A stretch of 63,954 nucleotides of DNA, counting the filler, from Octopus bimaculoides (taxonomy: Eukaryota), in the NCBI RefSeq assembly GCF_001194135.2. It is 5 parts of 4 records of this genome, joined end to end, with 100 filler letters (N's around TTAATTAATTAA, not from the genome) between each part and the next. Parts side by side here need not be neighbours in the genome. Positions count along the whole stretch, not along the records: positions 1 to 14,676 come from NC_069004.1; 4 more parts are not named here. One strand, 5' to 3'. Within the stretch, counting starts at the first letter, position 1, and every line of letters begins with the position of its first letter. This document shows, one piece after another, positions 1 to 12,884 of the stretch. Under the pieces are notes generated by a model. The model made no database searches and was not told the origin of the DNA. It saw only the letters and a list, made by a program, of their open reading frames with translations. The position numbers and the translations under genes were made by a program.

Positions 1-1649
1 ATATGCTTGTATATGTGTGTGCGCGTGTGTGTGTGTAGGTGTGTGCGTTTGAGTGTATGCATGATTTTAGGCGAGACACCCACGCACATATGAATGAACT
101 TGTGTGTGTATATGGAAAAATCGTAAACATGTAAATGTATATTATTTATATACATTGTGTGTGCGTGTGTGTTTGTATGTATGCATTTATACTCACACAA
201 ACTATACACACTCTCACACATGCAAACACACACACACACACAGAAGCGTGCACGCACGCAAATACATATCCATGCACACGTGCGTGTGTGGCACGCAGAC
301 CACTGTGTTTTTGCTTAGTTAATGTGTCCACAGGGAACAACGATTTTTAGTTAGCGTGTGTTGTCTAACGATTGACATCTGTCTTGTGACGTAAACACCA
401 TTGATTGGTTACAAATTTCATATTCAGCAAGGATTCTTTTCCATGTCTTTTCTCATTTCCTCTTGCAACATAAATTTACTAGTTTCATTTCCGCTTTTAC
501 ACAAGCAACATTGAAACAGATAGATAAATAAACATTGAGACAGGTAAAATAAATAGATGAACGGACTGATGGATAAGGACTAGAAAAGTAAATTGAAATA
601 ATTTCAAATAAGCCGGAAACGAATGTTATCAGTTATATTTTCTACTTTACTCCCTCGCCTCCCGCCAACCATTATCAGTTTTCGTACAAATCGGTCTGAT
701 TCATTTAAAGCTTTCACTAAACTAAAGAGGTCATATCCCAAGCAAATCGAAACCTTAATTTTATGGGTATAGGGATGGATTTGTTGTTGGGTTGTTATGG
801 GTCCGATCCTATGTTGCAACTAGAGACAGTTATCTTTCTGTGTAACTGGTGAAGACAATAGGCCGAAGATTTGTTTGACAATATGGGGAAATGTGGATTC
901 TCTTTCGAATCTTAGCCTAGGTATTCTGTAGTTGTCCACTTCATATATGCATGAACGTATCTATGTATTTAAGTGTATGCGTGTGTCTGTATCTACGACG
1001 GTGCTACGCATGGTCTTCGACAGCAAAATTCCATTCACATGGAACTAGTGAAGCCTAGGCACAATTGTTCAAGTTTCCCCACAATGAGATCCAACTCAAA
1101 ACCTGGAACTACATCCCAACCTCACGACTATATGCATATGATTACACTATCATCTAAATACATAATATATATTCTGAATCATGTTCAGGTTTATTAGAAA
1201 TATCGAGCGTGCCGTTTCACAACCCAACATACAACACTGACATGTTTGGGAACTGAGGCGGAAGATTTAGAGAAAGCTGACAGCTGTGGTTTATTCCGGG
1301 TGCCTTATAAACAAAACTGACATGAGCACGGATGGCAGTTGAGATGACACACTGAATAATTAATGTAACAAATAAACCAGCTAATTAGAGCAGTACTTAT
1401 TGACTCACTCAATCAAGGCAGAGTTTGATTCCTTAATACTGAATGTTTATTATTACTTTTTTTGGCCAAACGTTAAATGTATTTAACATTTCCTTACGAC
1501 CTTCTCTTTATCTCTTGCTTTTTTTCTCCCTCTCCAAATCGCTTTCGTCTCTATTCCTTCCCTTCTTTTCTCTCTCCGTTCTCAATTCTTCTCCTCTTTG
1601 TCTGCTTCTGTCTCTAATACACGCGAGCCAACCTCTGACACTTTTCCCT

Positions 1650-1955
1650 TCTGTTGCTAAAGGAGACGAGAGTATCGGGATCATTTTCAGTGCAGTACAC
1701 TAGCACACAAAAGGAGCACAAGCACAGACATGACTGTGTAGGCAAAAGAGTGCATGGGATGTTAGTCGAGTATGTGGCTTCAAAACAACAGAAAAGTGGC
1801 ATGAACACAAAGCTGAGATAGAAAATGAGAATTACAAGATCTTGTGGGACTTCACCATAATGACTGACCATATTATTGAGGCAAGAAGACCAGACTTGAT
1901 TATAGTGGACAAAATAAACAAACTGCAAGATCACAGGTTTCGCAGTTCCCTATGA
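1650..1955 (+). mobile_element. R4/Dong-clade non-LTR retrotransposon fragment (zinc-knuckle to RLE region)
   Basis: Frameshifted translation ESIG..STLAQKEHKHRHDCVGKRVHW..KWHEHK..KILWDFTIMTDHIIEARRPDLIIVDK. Confidence 0.8.
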
Positions 1956-1964
1956 AAGGCAGAG

Positions 1965-2235
1965 AGCTGGCAGAAACGTTAGCACGTCGGGTGAAATGCT
2001 TAGCGGTATTTCGTCTAAATTCTGCCGAGGTCGACTTTGCCTTTCATCCTTTCGGGGTCGATAAATTCAGTACCAGTTACGCACTGGGGTCGATGTAATC
2101 GACTTAATCTCTTTGTTTGTCCTTGTTTGTCCCCTCTATGTTTAGCCCCTTGTGGGCAATACAGAAATAAGAAACGTTAGCACGCCGGGCGAAATGCTTA
2201 GCGTATTTCGTCTGTCTTTACGTTCTGAGTTCAAA
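1965..2235 (+). mobile_element. tRNA-headed SINE, family A (GGCGGCGAGCTGGCAGAAACGTTAGC type), with a partial second head
   Basis: Matches many copies in this window, e.g. 9360-9460(-), 18450-18620(-), 22350-22540(-), 23700-23860(-), 24470-24660(-), 29090-29410(-), 33558-33780(+), 43340-43530(-). B-box-like GAGTTCAAAT. Confidence 0.85.
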
Positions 2236-2410
2236 TATCTATGATCCAGCATCATTGCTATGTTGTCATGACGTCTCGTATTCTTTCTGGGCTACTGGTG
2301 TACATTCATATACACACAACAGATTAGACTGTTGGAAAAGAAAAAATCCTAACAGGTTGCAGCAAATAACTTTAGATGCCAAGAACCCTCCTAAGTATCC
2401 TAACTGTTCA

Positions 2411-2465
<55 letters not shown>

Positions 2466-2615
2466 GTTGTTCAGTAGTTTTATTTTTATAACGTGCTTTC
2501 ACTTCACTACCGAGCGCAGCTCTGTGCGCCTTGGGTATGTGCTGTGGTTTGCTGTGGTGCTCTTATGTTTACTGTATTGAAAGTGTTTTGCGTAGAATGT
2601 GTGCAGTACCCAGTA
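2466..2615 (-). mobile_element. 3' end of an R4-like RLE retrotransposon running into (AAT)n
   Basis: Minus strand reads LLGTAHILRKTLSIQ*, a short 3' UTR, then the (AAT)n array at 2412-2465. Confidence 0.7.
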
Positions 2616-2754
2616 NNNNNNNNNNTGGGAGATATAATCTGTGGTCCATTCTAAGATCTGTGGTTTTCAGTTCTTCGGTTATTTTCATTTTCATAGTATC
2701 GTAATTATTAGGTTTCCCTTCGTTATTTCCAGGCTTTATATTTGTTTATTATTA

Positions 2755-2812
<58 letters not shown>

Positions 2813-3227
2813 CATTGTTGTTGTTGTTGTTGTTACGCTAGCGCATGCTAATTTAGTTAGCAGGCATTTCATCCTGAGATTTTGTGACAAGTCTCCTCAA
2901 GTATCAAGAATTTTTCTTAAGATTCTAGTAAAATATAGGTTGGTACTTTTCCGCAGGTCGACAATGCGAGTTTCAATTCCAATTTCTTACATTTCTGCAT
3001 TTTTTTGTTTGTTTCTTTGTCTCGTTTGACTACATTTATTTGTTTATAATTATAGAAGCGGTGCTCTATCAAATTTTCTGCGCTATCAGATAAGACTCGG
3101 AGCCTAGTACTAACACGAAAGTGTTAATGACAATTAGCCAAAATTCATGTTGGATCAGAGGAAATATTAACGATGAGAAATAGTAAAAAATGAAAATAAT
3201 AATGTCAGTGATGATAATAATAATAAT

Positions 3228-5065
3228 GAAAGGAAGCAGTTAGAATTTCCTCATGTCCTGATCGATGATACATCTGGTAATGGTGTCACAATAAAAACAC
3301 TGGTAATTGCACAACCTGATAATCTCTACCTCATATGAGTGACAGTGAGAAAACAAAATATTGTGAATAACGGTGGTAATGAAACTAAAACCCTTGATGA
3401 TGACAGTGTTGCAACCGGCAGGCTCAGAGATACTGGTCTAGCTCCAGCCTGTCGATATCCAGCAATGGACTAGCACGGCGTAGATGGAACAAACAAGTCA
3501 ATGCCGTGGTCATGGAGTGTTACTACTTGAGCAACCCTGTAGACGAAAATGGTGCTCATATTCGGGGATACCGACAACGTATGATCAATGGAGTGAAAGA
3601 GGATTGTCTCAACTCACAGAGATTATGTGATCAAGCTAAAGCAATAAGAAAAAATCGTTGGTTCACAGAAGTAGAGCTCGTATCAAAAGAGAGGCAAAAT
3701 TAAATGTATGGACGGGCTAGCGATACCGTCGTGGGAGGTTATGAAGTAAATAGAAGAGACGGGCTGTAAGTACTTGGAGATATTGGAAATGGATAAATTG
3801 ATGGAGAAAGAAATGACAGAAAAATTTAAGGTGGATTACTTGCACAAACTAAGACTGACCCTTAAGTCGAAGTTAAACGGACGGAATAAGATTGACGCTA
3901 TCAACACCTGGGCGGTTTCATTCCTTAGATATAGGGCAGGGGTAATCGCATGGACAGTAGACGAACTAAACAGGTTAGACAGAAAGACAAGGAAGTTGCT
4001 AACTATATATGGGATACCCCACCCAAAAAGTGACACAGACAGAATGTATGTACCGAAAAAAAAAAAGGGGAAGAGAACTGATTGGATGCGAGCACAGCAT
4101 TAGCGCAGAAGAAAACAACATAGCATGGTATGTAAAAAATGCCACATAACTGCTATTATCGGAAATAAGAAAGTCACGCTTGTGTAGAATGAAAGATTGC
4201 AAAGATAAAAGCACTGTACAAGCACTTGAGAATGAATGAAACTGAAAATAGGTGGATAAAGAAAAGAATGCATGGACAATTTGGTAGGGATGTTGAAGAT
4301 AAGACAGAAAGAGAAAAAAGATGGCTGTGGATGGCTAAAAGTGATTCAAAACCGGAAACGGGCGCTCTAATCTGTGCTGCCCAAGAGCAAGTATTAAGAA
4401 CTAAATACATCAAATACAGAATAGACAACACATCAGAAAGTGATAAGTGCAGAATTTGTGGACAAAATCGTGAAACTGTATGACATGTTACCAGTCAATG
4501 TACGCCACTAGCCCTGAAATAATATAAGAGACGTCATGACAATATAGCAAAGCTTGTCCATAGGACACTTTGCAACAAGTATGGACTTGACAGAGCAAAA
4601 AAGTGGCACGAACATAAACCCGAAGGCATCATCGAAAATGATAATAGAAAAATCCTATGGGATTTTATGATTCAGTGCAACCATGAGATAGAGAATAGGA
4701 GACCAGACATAGTGTTAATTGAGAAAGACAGCGAACGATGCTGGATCATAGGTATCCGATAAGGAAGAAAGAAAAGTCGATAGGTATAACAGGTTAGCTT
4801 GGGAGGTTAGGCAGTTGTGGTCGCTGACAAAGGTGGTAGTAGTACCAATAATTGTCAGAGTCCTGGGAACAGTGAGTAAAAATTTTAAGAAGTACATGGA
4901 ACAAATAGGGGTTGTAATAAGGGTGGAGTACTTTCAGAAAACAGCACTACTGTAACCGCTTCGGTTGGTGCTCGAAAAATAAGGGGTGTTACCTTAGTTC
5001 ACTGGTAGTGAACAGCTGACCCCGTAGTAATCTCCAGCGTTAGAAGCTGTGCAAAGACAAATGAC
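3228..5065 (+). mobile_element. Internally deleted, decayed R4/Dong-clade retrotransposon flanked by TAA repeats
   Basis: N-terminal motif RRWNKQVNAVVMECYYLSNP..GYRQRM..QRLCDQAKAIRKNRW (to about 3680) abuts post-RT-core sequence KRGK..KYLEILE..LKSKLNGRNKIDAINTWAV..LDRKTRKLLT..HPKSDTDRMY, then CRICGQNRETV-H-C knuckle, RHDNI and RRPDIVLI endonuclease. Stops and frameshifts present. Confidence 0.9.
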
Positions 5066-5081
5066 AACAACAACAACAACA

Positions 5082-5112
<31 letters not shown>

Positions 5113-5114
5113 TG

Positions 5115-5145
<31 letters not shown>

Positions 5146-5201
5146 TAATAATAATAATAATATAATAAATAATAAAAAATAATAATAATAAATAATAATA
5201 A

Positions 5202-5778
5202 ATGCCCTGATGCAGTACCAGGCAGTGGCTCAAATGGCTTCTCATCTTAACTGGATGGAAGTGTTATCATGTACATTGTTTTGTCTTGGTATAAAAAGAT
5301 GGGCTACAGCAAATATTCTGCCCAATACCACAGATTTGCTTGTCAGTTGCTTGATCTTAACCAGTTGAGCATGTCCCTTGGTGGGTGACGATATGTGCAT
5401 CTCTGATCATGAGCAGAAGTAGTGGGGGAGCATCATGGCCATGTGTTGAGAGGAATTATTTGGGGTTTGGATAATTCACCTTTGGAAACATAGGTATTTC
5501 ATTCGACATCCTCAAACAACCTTTATTCAAGGACCTTTTGAGTGGGATGGGCTACTCGACCTGAAGAAAATTCTAACTGGGCCCCACCTGCAAGGTCATG
5601 TGCTGTTTATCTTGATATGAGACCACTGTGTTGCGCACATATGGTTGTGATGCATGTGCCTGGTGTACCCTTATCAGATGGGTAGTCATGATGGGTATAC
5701 TGGGCTTCGTATATTTTACCACAGTGTCACTTTGATGGCATGCCCTGCTTTCTCACTCAATAGTAATAATAATAATAA
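5202..5778 (+). mobile_element. Non-coding interspersed element ending in (AAT)n, embedded in a TAA array
   Basis: Homologous pieces at 38255-38375(+) and 41302-41432(-); no ORF; (AAT)n on both sides. Confidence 0.75.
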
Positions 5779-6265
5779 GTAACTGGACCCATGAAAAACT
5801 CACGGAAAATATAAAAAAATATAAGCATCTATAAATTGTGAGCTGGTGCTATGAGAAATATTTCTATATTGTGACACTTACAGAATGTAGAAAGAAGTGT
5901 AAAACCGATAACTATATAATCCAACCAAAATATCTCAGTTACGCAAACGTAAACAGAATTACTATTTAGCTTTAACACCCATAATGACCCTAATGACCAA
6001 AAAGATTTTCCTGCCCCTATATAGGATCTTTTTCGCTTTCTTCCAATCACTTGAAGGTTTATCGTGTCCCAGTACACTGGCTGGCCAAAATGAGTTGTAG
6101 CTGTAATTCAAAGGGGCCAGCCTTGTCATATTCTGTGTGAAGCCGAATCTCCCTGAGAACTACGTTAATGGTATGCATGTCTGTGGAGTACTCAGCCACT
6201 TGCGAGTTAATTTTATCTTCGTGTGGTAATGAAAAGTGAAAGTGACATCTAATATTTGTCTTTGA

Positions 6266-6558
6266 TTTAACAATGTGTCTGTGTATCTATGTATCAACTT
6301 TCTTTGGGTCTATGTATCTACTGTCTCTCTCACTTTCTCTCTTTCTCTCTCACTTTCTCTGTGTCCCTCCTCTCTCCCGCTTTTAATTTAACAATGTGTG
6401 TATGTATCTATGTATCAACTTTCTTTGGGTCTATGTATCTACTGTCTCTCTCACTTTCTCTCTTTCTCTCTTTCTCTCTCACTTTCTCTGTGTCCCTCCT
6501 CTCTCCCGCTTTTAATTTAACAATGTGTGTATGTATCTATGTATCAACTTTTCTTGCT
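6266..6558. repeat. Tandem repeat of about 125 bp, about 2.3 copies
   Basis: Unit ttaacaatgtgt..atctatgtatcaact..ctctctcccgcttttaat starts at about 6266, 6387 and 6514. Confidence 0.85.
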
Positions 6559-6869
6559 ATGTGATAAACATTTAAAAACACCAAACGAACGCCGTCACCA
6601 CTCACTGTCTCTCTCTCTCTTTCTCTGTCACTCTCTTTCTCTGTCACTCTCTTTCTCTTTCACTCTCTTTCTCTGTCACTCTCTTTCTCTGTCACTCTCT
6701 TTCTCTATCACTCTCTTTCTCTGTCACTCTCTCTTTCTCTCTCACACTCTCCTTCTCTCTCACTTCCTCTCTGTCCTCCTCTCTCCCACTTTACCACTCA
6801 CTTCTTTCTTTGAGGTAAGTGTGACACACACCACAGGTACGGACGTACAAAAACAAGTTGGTGTATTAA

Positions 6870-7440
6870 TATTGCACCTCTGTTACCAGGGCCCAACGAA
6901 CAGCTTTCGGTCCCCCATTCTTTAGAGCACGCATCCTAGTTCAGGCAATTCAACCTTCTTGCTTAGCGTTGAAGAATCGGTCACGGGCCAAGCTCGCCGC
7001 GAGCGCGTCAGTTGCAATGCCTTCTTTATGAGCCTTTTCTACTCTGGAATTCTCTATAACCATTTCCTTACTAAACCTAATCGATTCTAACTTTATAGTC
7101 CTTTTCATAACCACCATCAGTTGTTGACGATTGTCCCTGTCAACATCCTCTGAACTAGTTCTCTAATCTGTCTCTGTAAACTTGGCGCAGCTGCAAAGAC
7201 GCGTTCATTTTTCCAGTAACTGTGCCCCTGTCTAGGCAACCTATTTAAGTCAACCACACAGATCATGAATTTGTAGCCTGTGGAGCTGACCACTTTGAAT
7301 TGTGAACAATGTATGCTACCCCTATATGAATACGCCATCTTGATACTATCTGGATGACCCGATGTTGTCTAGCCTTCCCCACATTGGCACATTCGAGAAA
7401 TGCGCTCATCCTCGGCGAACGATTGCTTGCCCGTGGAGCT
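6870..7440 (-). mobile_element. Tx1/L1-clade LINE ORF2 fragment (end of APE domain plus linker)
   Basis: Minus-strand translation across frameshifts: KFMICVVDLNRLPRQGHSYWK..QIRELVQRMLTGTIVNN*WW..KRTIKLESIRFSK..GIATDALAASLARDRFFNAKQEG, matching the L1/Tx1 G-x-YWKLN..WW..K..IK linker pattern. Confidence 0.7.
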
Positions 7441-8286
7441 GTCCTCACCACTCACTTTGTTGTTATTTTTTTGGATATTTTTGCGGTCGCTATTGTTGTT
7501 GATGCTGTTCTCACCTCTGTTGTTGTTGTTGTTGTTGCTGCTGTCGCTACTATAGTTGCTATTGCCTGTTTGTGTTGTTGCTGCCGTTGTTATTTGTGTT
7601 GCTCTAGTCACTTTTTTATTTCTTTTTTTATTTCTGCCGGTGTCGTTGTTGCTCGACGGAAAAAGGTGTGAAGGCGTTTGACTAAATATATTGTATCATT
7701 TGGTTTTGCTACACGATTCCAGTTAGAAATATTGTAGGGTGTTCGATAAGCCAAATGCCAGCTATATTGAGAACACGACCGACTATATTCTTCCTTTCCT
7801 ATATCTACATCAATTAAAAATTTTAATATCATTTTGTCACAATAAAAAGCACAAATGATTTTTTTTCTCATTTTCACCAACTAAAAGAAAAAACCCCACA
7901 ACTTTCTTTGGCCAAGAGAGCAAAATTGAATAAAAGGTGAAAAAGAGAGGAAGAGAGAGAAAAAACGGAGGAAGAGCAATATATATATAGAGATAGATAG
8001 AAAGAGAGAGAGAAAGAGAGAGAGAGAAAAGAGAGAAGGAAAGAGGAGAGAAAGAGAAATAGAATGTAGAGGTGAGAGGTGTAATGTGATATTTATATAT
8101 ATATATATATATAATGTGTGCAATATGTGTTCGTATATCTGTGTCTTTGTCTCCACATACGCACACACATTCAGATACGTGTATTTATGTATGTATATGT
8201 GTATACACATACGCATATATAGTCTGCATACGTGTGTGTTTGCGCGTGTATACTTATGTATATAATGGTGATGAGAGAGCGAGAGT

Positions 8287-8344
<58 letters not shown>

Positions 8345-8356
8345 TANNNNNNNNNN

Positions 8357-8417
<61 letters not shown>

Positions 8418-9042
8418 AAGAAGACTGGGTTCTCAAGATGGCCACCATGTGTGTGTGTGTGTGTTTGTTGTTTTTGAGAGCTATGGTTTATGTTTGGCAG
8501 TGATGTTGAACAGGAGTACATAACCAGACTGCCAATCCCACCACTCCTTCGCCCCCTACCTCACCGAACACAGGGCCCCCTAAAGGGGACACTAGACACT
8601 CTATACTACAATTAGACTCAATTAATTGATGATATTCTGCCCCGTTTTACACACGTTGACTTGTAAGAGCTACTCTATAAACAGTACATTGTTTATCATT
8701 CGAACCGTTAACCTCTCCGTTGCATTGGACGGCGATGGTGGCATGTGGAGACGGGGTGTAGTTGTGGTTGTATTTTTGTGGCGGTGATGGTGGTGGTGGT
8801 GGTGATAGTTACCGTCATAGTTGTCGTGGTAGTACGATATTGAGACCTTTTTCGTTTTTTCCAAATGCTTGAAGACTTCTCAATTTTCAAGAGATTGTTT
8901 TCAAATTTCCCACACTGATGTAGTTTTGCATGCTGATGACGAAAATTGCATTTATGTTTTCGAAAACATTAATGATAAAGAGAATAATCCATTGAAAACT
9001 GAAAAATCTTCGAGTGGTTGCAAGAAAACGAAAACGATCCGT

Positions 9043-9073
<31 letters not shown>

Positions 9074-9469
9074 GCACGCACATACGCACAGACAGACAGA
9101 CACACACGCACACCTGGAAAAGAACTCAGGCTGGGCTTCTAATCAGATCTTTCGCGACACCCTTAAAACCAGGAACTTCTCTGCACCCCAATCGTATTTA
9201 CATACATACATGTATATATATAATAATATAAATAATATATAAATATATGCATATATCCATACATATATGTGCATACCTACATCTATATGTATACTACATG
9301 CATATATGGGTACAGTACATCAAAAAACGTTAAACACAATGAGAAGCGAAAACATACCCCAAAAGGTGAAAGGCTAAGTCGACCTCGCCGGAATTAGAAC
9401 TCAGAACGTAAAGACAAACGAAATACCACTAAGCATTTTGCCCGGCGTGCTAACGTCTCTGCCCGCGCG

Positions 9470-9502
<33 letters not shown>

Positions 9503-9693
9503 NNNNNNNNNNNNNNNNNNNNNNNNNNNNNNNNNNNNNNNNNNNNNNNNNNNNNNNNNNNNNNNNNNNNNNNNNNNNNNNNNNNNNNNNNNNNNNNNNN
9601 NNNNNNNNNNNNNNNNNNNNNNNNNNNNNNNNNNNNNNNNNNNNNNNNNNNNNNNNNNNNNNNNNNNNNNNNNNNNNNNNNNNNNNNNNNNNN

Positions 9694-9725
<32 letters not shown>

Positions 9726-11612
9726 GCGCGCACACACTATATACGTATATGTGTACACATGCGCGTACACACACACATTGGTGTGGGTGTATGTACATAC
9801 ATAGACATATTGCTTACATATTCTCACAAACACATTGACAGGTTGAAAAAAAAGAAGCATTTTATTGTAGACGGGATTTATGAAGAGATCTGTTCAAAGC
9901 TGGAGGTGGTCCTGCATCAATTTCCATTACTGATAACCATTAGAGAATGGTAAATTTATTTGTTCTGAAATGACTGGCACCAATCAACCTTGGTTGCTTT
10001 TACAGACGTCTTCAGGTCTAGTCTGCATCTGACCTTTGCTGGTTTGACAGTTAGGTGGGTGATTTTATATGTACGTACGTACGTATTTCTGTATGTATGT
10101 ATGTATGTATGTATGTATGTATGTATGTATTTGTGTGTATATGTGCATGTATGCATGTTATGTATGTTAGATATGTATGTGTGTATGTATATGTATGTGC
10201 TTGTGCCCGTTGTGTGTATGTGTGTGTGTGTATGTGTGTATGTGTATGTGTGTATGTGTATGTATAAATCTGAGTATGCATGTATGCTTCATCTATATAT
10301 GTATATATGTATGTTTGTATGTATAGAATGTTATATGTCTGTATGTGTTTTTTGTGTGTGCATGTATATATACATGCATTCATACATGTAAATGTATATG
10401 TATATTAATGTATNNNNNNNNNNNNNNNNNNNNNNNNNNNNNNNNNNNNNNNNNNNNNNNNNNNNNNNNNNNNNNNNNNNNNNNNNNNNNNNNNNNNNNN
10501 NNNNNNNNNNNNNNNNNNNNNNNNNNNNNNNNNNNNNNNNNNNNNNNNNNNNNNNNNNNNNNNNNNNNNNNNNNNNNNNNNNNNNNNNNNNNNNNNNNNN
10601 NNNNNNNNNNNNNNNNNNNNNNNNNNNNNNNNNNNNNNNNNNNNNNNNNNNNNNNNNNNNNNNNNNNNNNNNNNNNNNNNNNNNNNNNNNNNNNNNNNNN
10701 NNNNNNNNNNNNNNNNNNNNNNNNNNNNNNNNNNNNNNNNNNNNNNNNNNNNNNNNNNNNNNNNNNNNNNNNNNNNNNNNNNNNNNNNNNNNNNNNNNNN
10801 NNNNNNNNNNNNNNNNNNNNNNNNNNNNNNNNNNNNNNNNNNNNNNNNNNNNNNNNNNNNNNNNNNNNNNNNNNNNNNNNNNNNNNNNNNNNNNNNNNNN
10901 NNNNNNNNNNNNNNNNNNNNNNNNNNNNNNNNNNNNNNNNNNNNNNNNNNNNNNNNNNNNNNNNNNNNNNNNNNNNNNNNNNNNNNNNNNNNNNNNNNNN
11001 NNNNNNNNNNNNNNNNNNNNNNNNNNNNNNNNNNNNNNNNNNNNNNNNNNNNNNNNNNNNNNNNNNNNNNNNNNNNNNNNNNNNNNNNNNNNNNNNNNNN
11101 NNNNNNNNNNNNNNNNNNNNTATAATTGCTCACGTGTTATTGACTCTCTTTCTCTCTGCTGTAATAACATGCACACACATGTATCACTCACATACACACT
11201 TTTCTTTGTATGACGGCCTGTCTTTGATTATGTTCTTATATGTCGCATTCACACTCTCACACAGACATACATCTTTAACGCCATAATAAATATCTCTGTT
11301 ATTCATCTTATATGGTTGTAGTTTTTCATTACTGGTCATCTATGTTATCGTCGCATAACATATCATCTATATATCATCCATCGATATATAATTGTGTGTT
11401 CGACCGTGTGACACGTTTAAATAAAAGGAGTCCTCTGTTTTTCCATTCGTCACCATTTCTCCTTTTTGAGTTCGCACGGTCGTCCCTTACATATATATTG
11501 ACACACATACATATGTGTGTGCGTGTGTAAGTTTGTGTGTATATTTGTGTGTATGTATATGTGTATATATATGCATGTGTATACGCATATGGGTATTTAT
11601 GCGTGTGCGTGC

Positions 11613-11685
<73 letters not shown>

Positions 11686-12235
11686 CAGGAGTAGGAGAGA
11701 GGTCTCCATGAACATGAACATCGGACACATCACATTTAATCCATTAGAGTGTCAGATAAAAATCATCTATATTTGACCCGTGACATCCTCGTACGTCCAG
11801 TTATGTATATATGTGTTTTCTATTCTTTTGTTGGTTACACTCATTAAACTACGGTCATGCTGGCAGCAGAGCTAACAAGGTTTTTCTCAATTGTATCGAC
11901 AGCAGTGCTTAATTTGCTAAGAGTTTTATTGAACTCCGTCAATTAACTAATTTAATCTGGTTTACGATTCTTTAAAGATGTATTTCCCATTGTAGTTTTA
12001 TATACGCCAAGTTTTCAGCGGCACACATTCACACACGTACATCCGCACGCAGGCAAGCACGCACATGCGCGCATACAAATATAACAGTTATAGGAATTGA
12101 TATTTCGGATATACGTGACTATAATCTTCAAGTTAATGTTGTATGTTATATATACATATATATACGTTTATCAATTCGTATTGCAAGATTCCTGATGTGA
12201 AATCGTGTGTTGTATTTCGGGATGGTCACTTTATT

Positions 12236-12310
<75 letters not shown>

Positions 12311-12568
12311 TTGCCAAATAAACACGCGCACTTTGCCTTTTTCTTCATTCGTTTATTACTGTTATTTTATTATTTTAACATCTGTCCATTGTCCGGAAAT
12401 CTTTCGTCACACATCTCTGACCTCTTCAGCAACACTTTTCATTTCCGTGTGTGTTCTTGCTTACTCCCCCCCCCCAAAGACCATCCCAAATACAACAATA
12501 TCTGTTTCAATACACGATTTCACAGGGCGCGGCAGAAGTAAGGCCCTTTTTGCATCTAATAACTTTTA

Positions 12569-12875
12569 TCTATATATATAAAGATGCGAATGTGTGTCTG
12601 TGAGTCTGTCTGTGTGAATCCCTAAAACTTGAGAACTACACAACCAATTTCATTCAAATTTTACACATGCCTTACTTAGGGTCCAGGTAGTGTTTTAGGC
12701 CTAATTTTTTAAAACTTCTTGCCTAGTGCGAGCCCAGTGCAATATCAAAAGTGAAACAATAACGTCTCTATTCTAATGTCAGACAGTTTCACTTTTATTT
12801 AGTTTCACTTTTATTTAGTTTCACTTTTATTTAGTTTCACTTTAATACTGAAACTATTGAAGTGAAACTATTCTC
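12569..12875 (+). mobile_element. Helitron/HINE-like non-autonomous element, 5' part
   Basis: A|TC-TATATATAAAG start, GTCT repeat, then ccaatttcattcaaatt. Second copy at 14501-14676 is cut by a gap. Contains a 16-bp tandem (gtttcacttttattta) of about 3.5 copies at 12786-12844. No CTRR 3' end identified. Confidence 0.55.
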
Positions 12876-12884
12876 ACATATATA

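Noticed and set aside
6809-6820. Strong donor GAG|GTAAGT as the end of an ALG10 5' exon
   Set aside because: Upstream is CT-repeat with no ALG10 coding signal; no supporting evidence.
7329-7341. CAAGATGGCG (YY1-like start motif) with a CpG-rich patch, as a promoter or first exon on the minus strand
   Set aside because: Lies within sequence that translates as a Tx1-clade ORF2 fragment.
9871-9949. AG..GT-bounded segment reading GIYEEICSKLEVVLHQFPLLITIRE
   Set aside because: No recognisable protein similarity, not ALG10-like, and weak splice signals.
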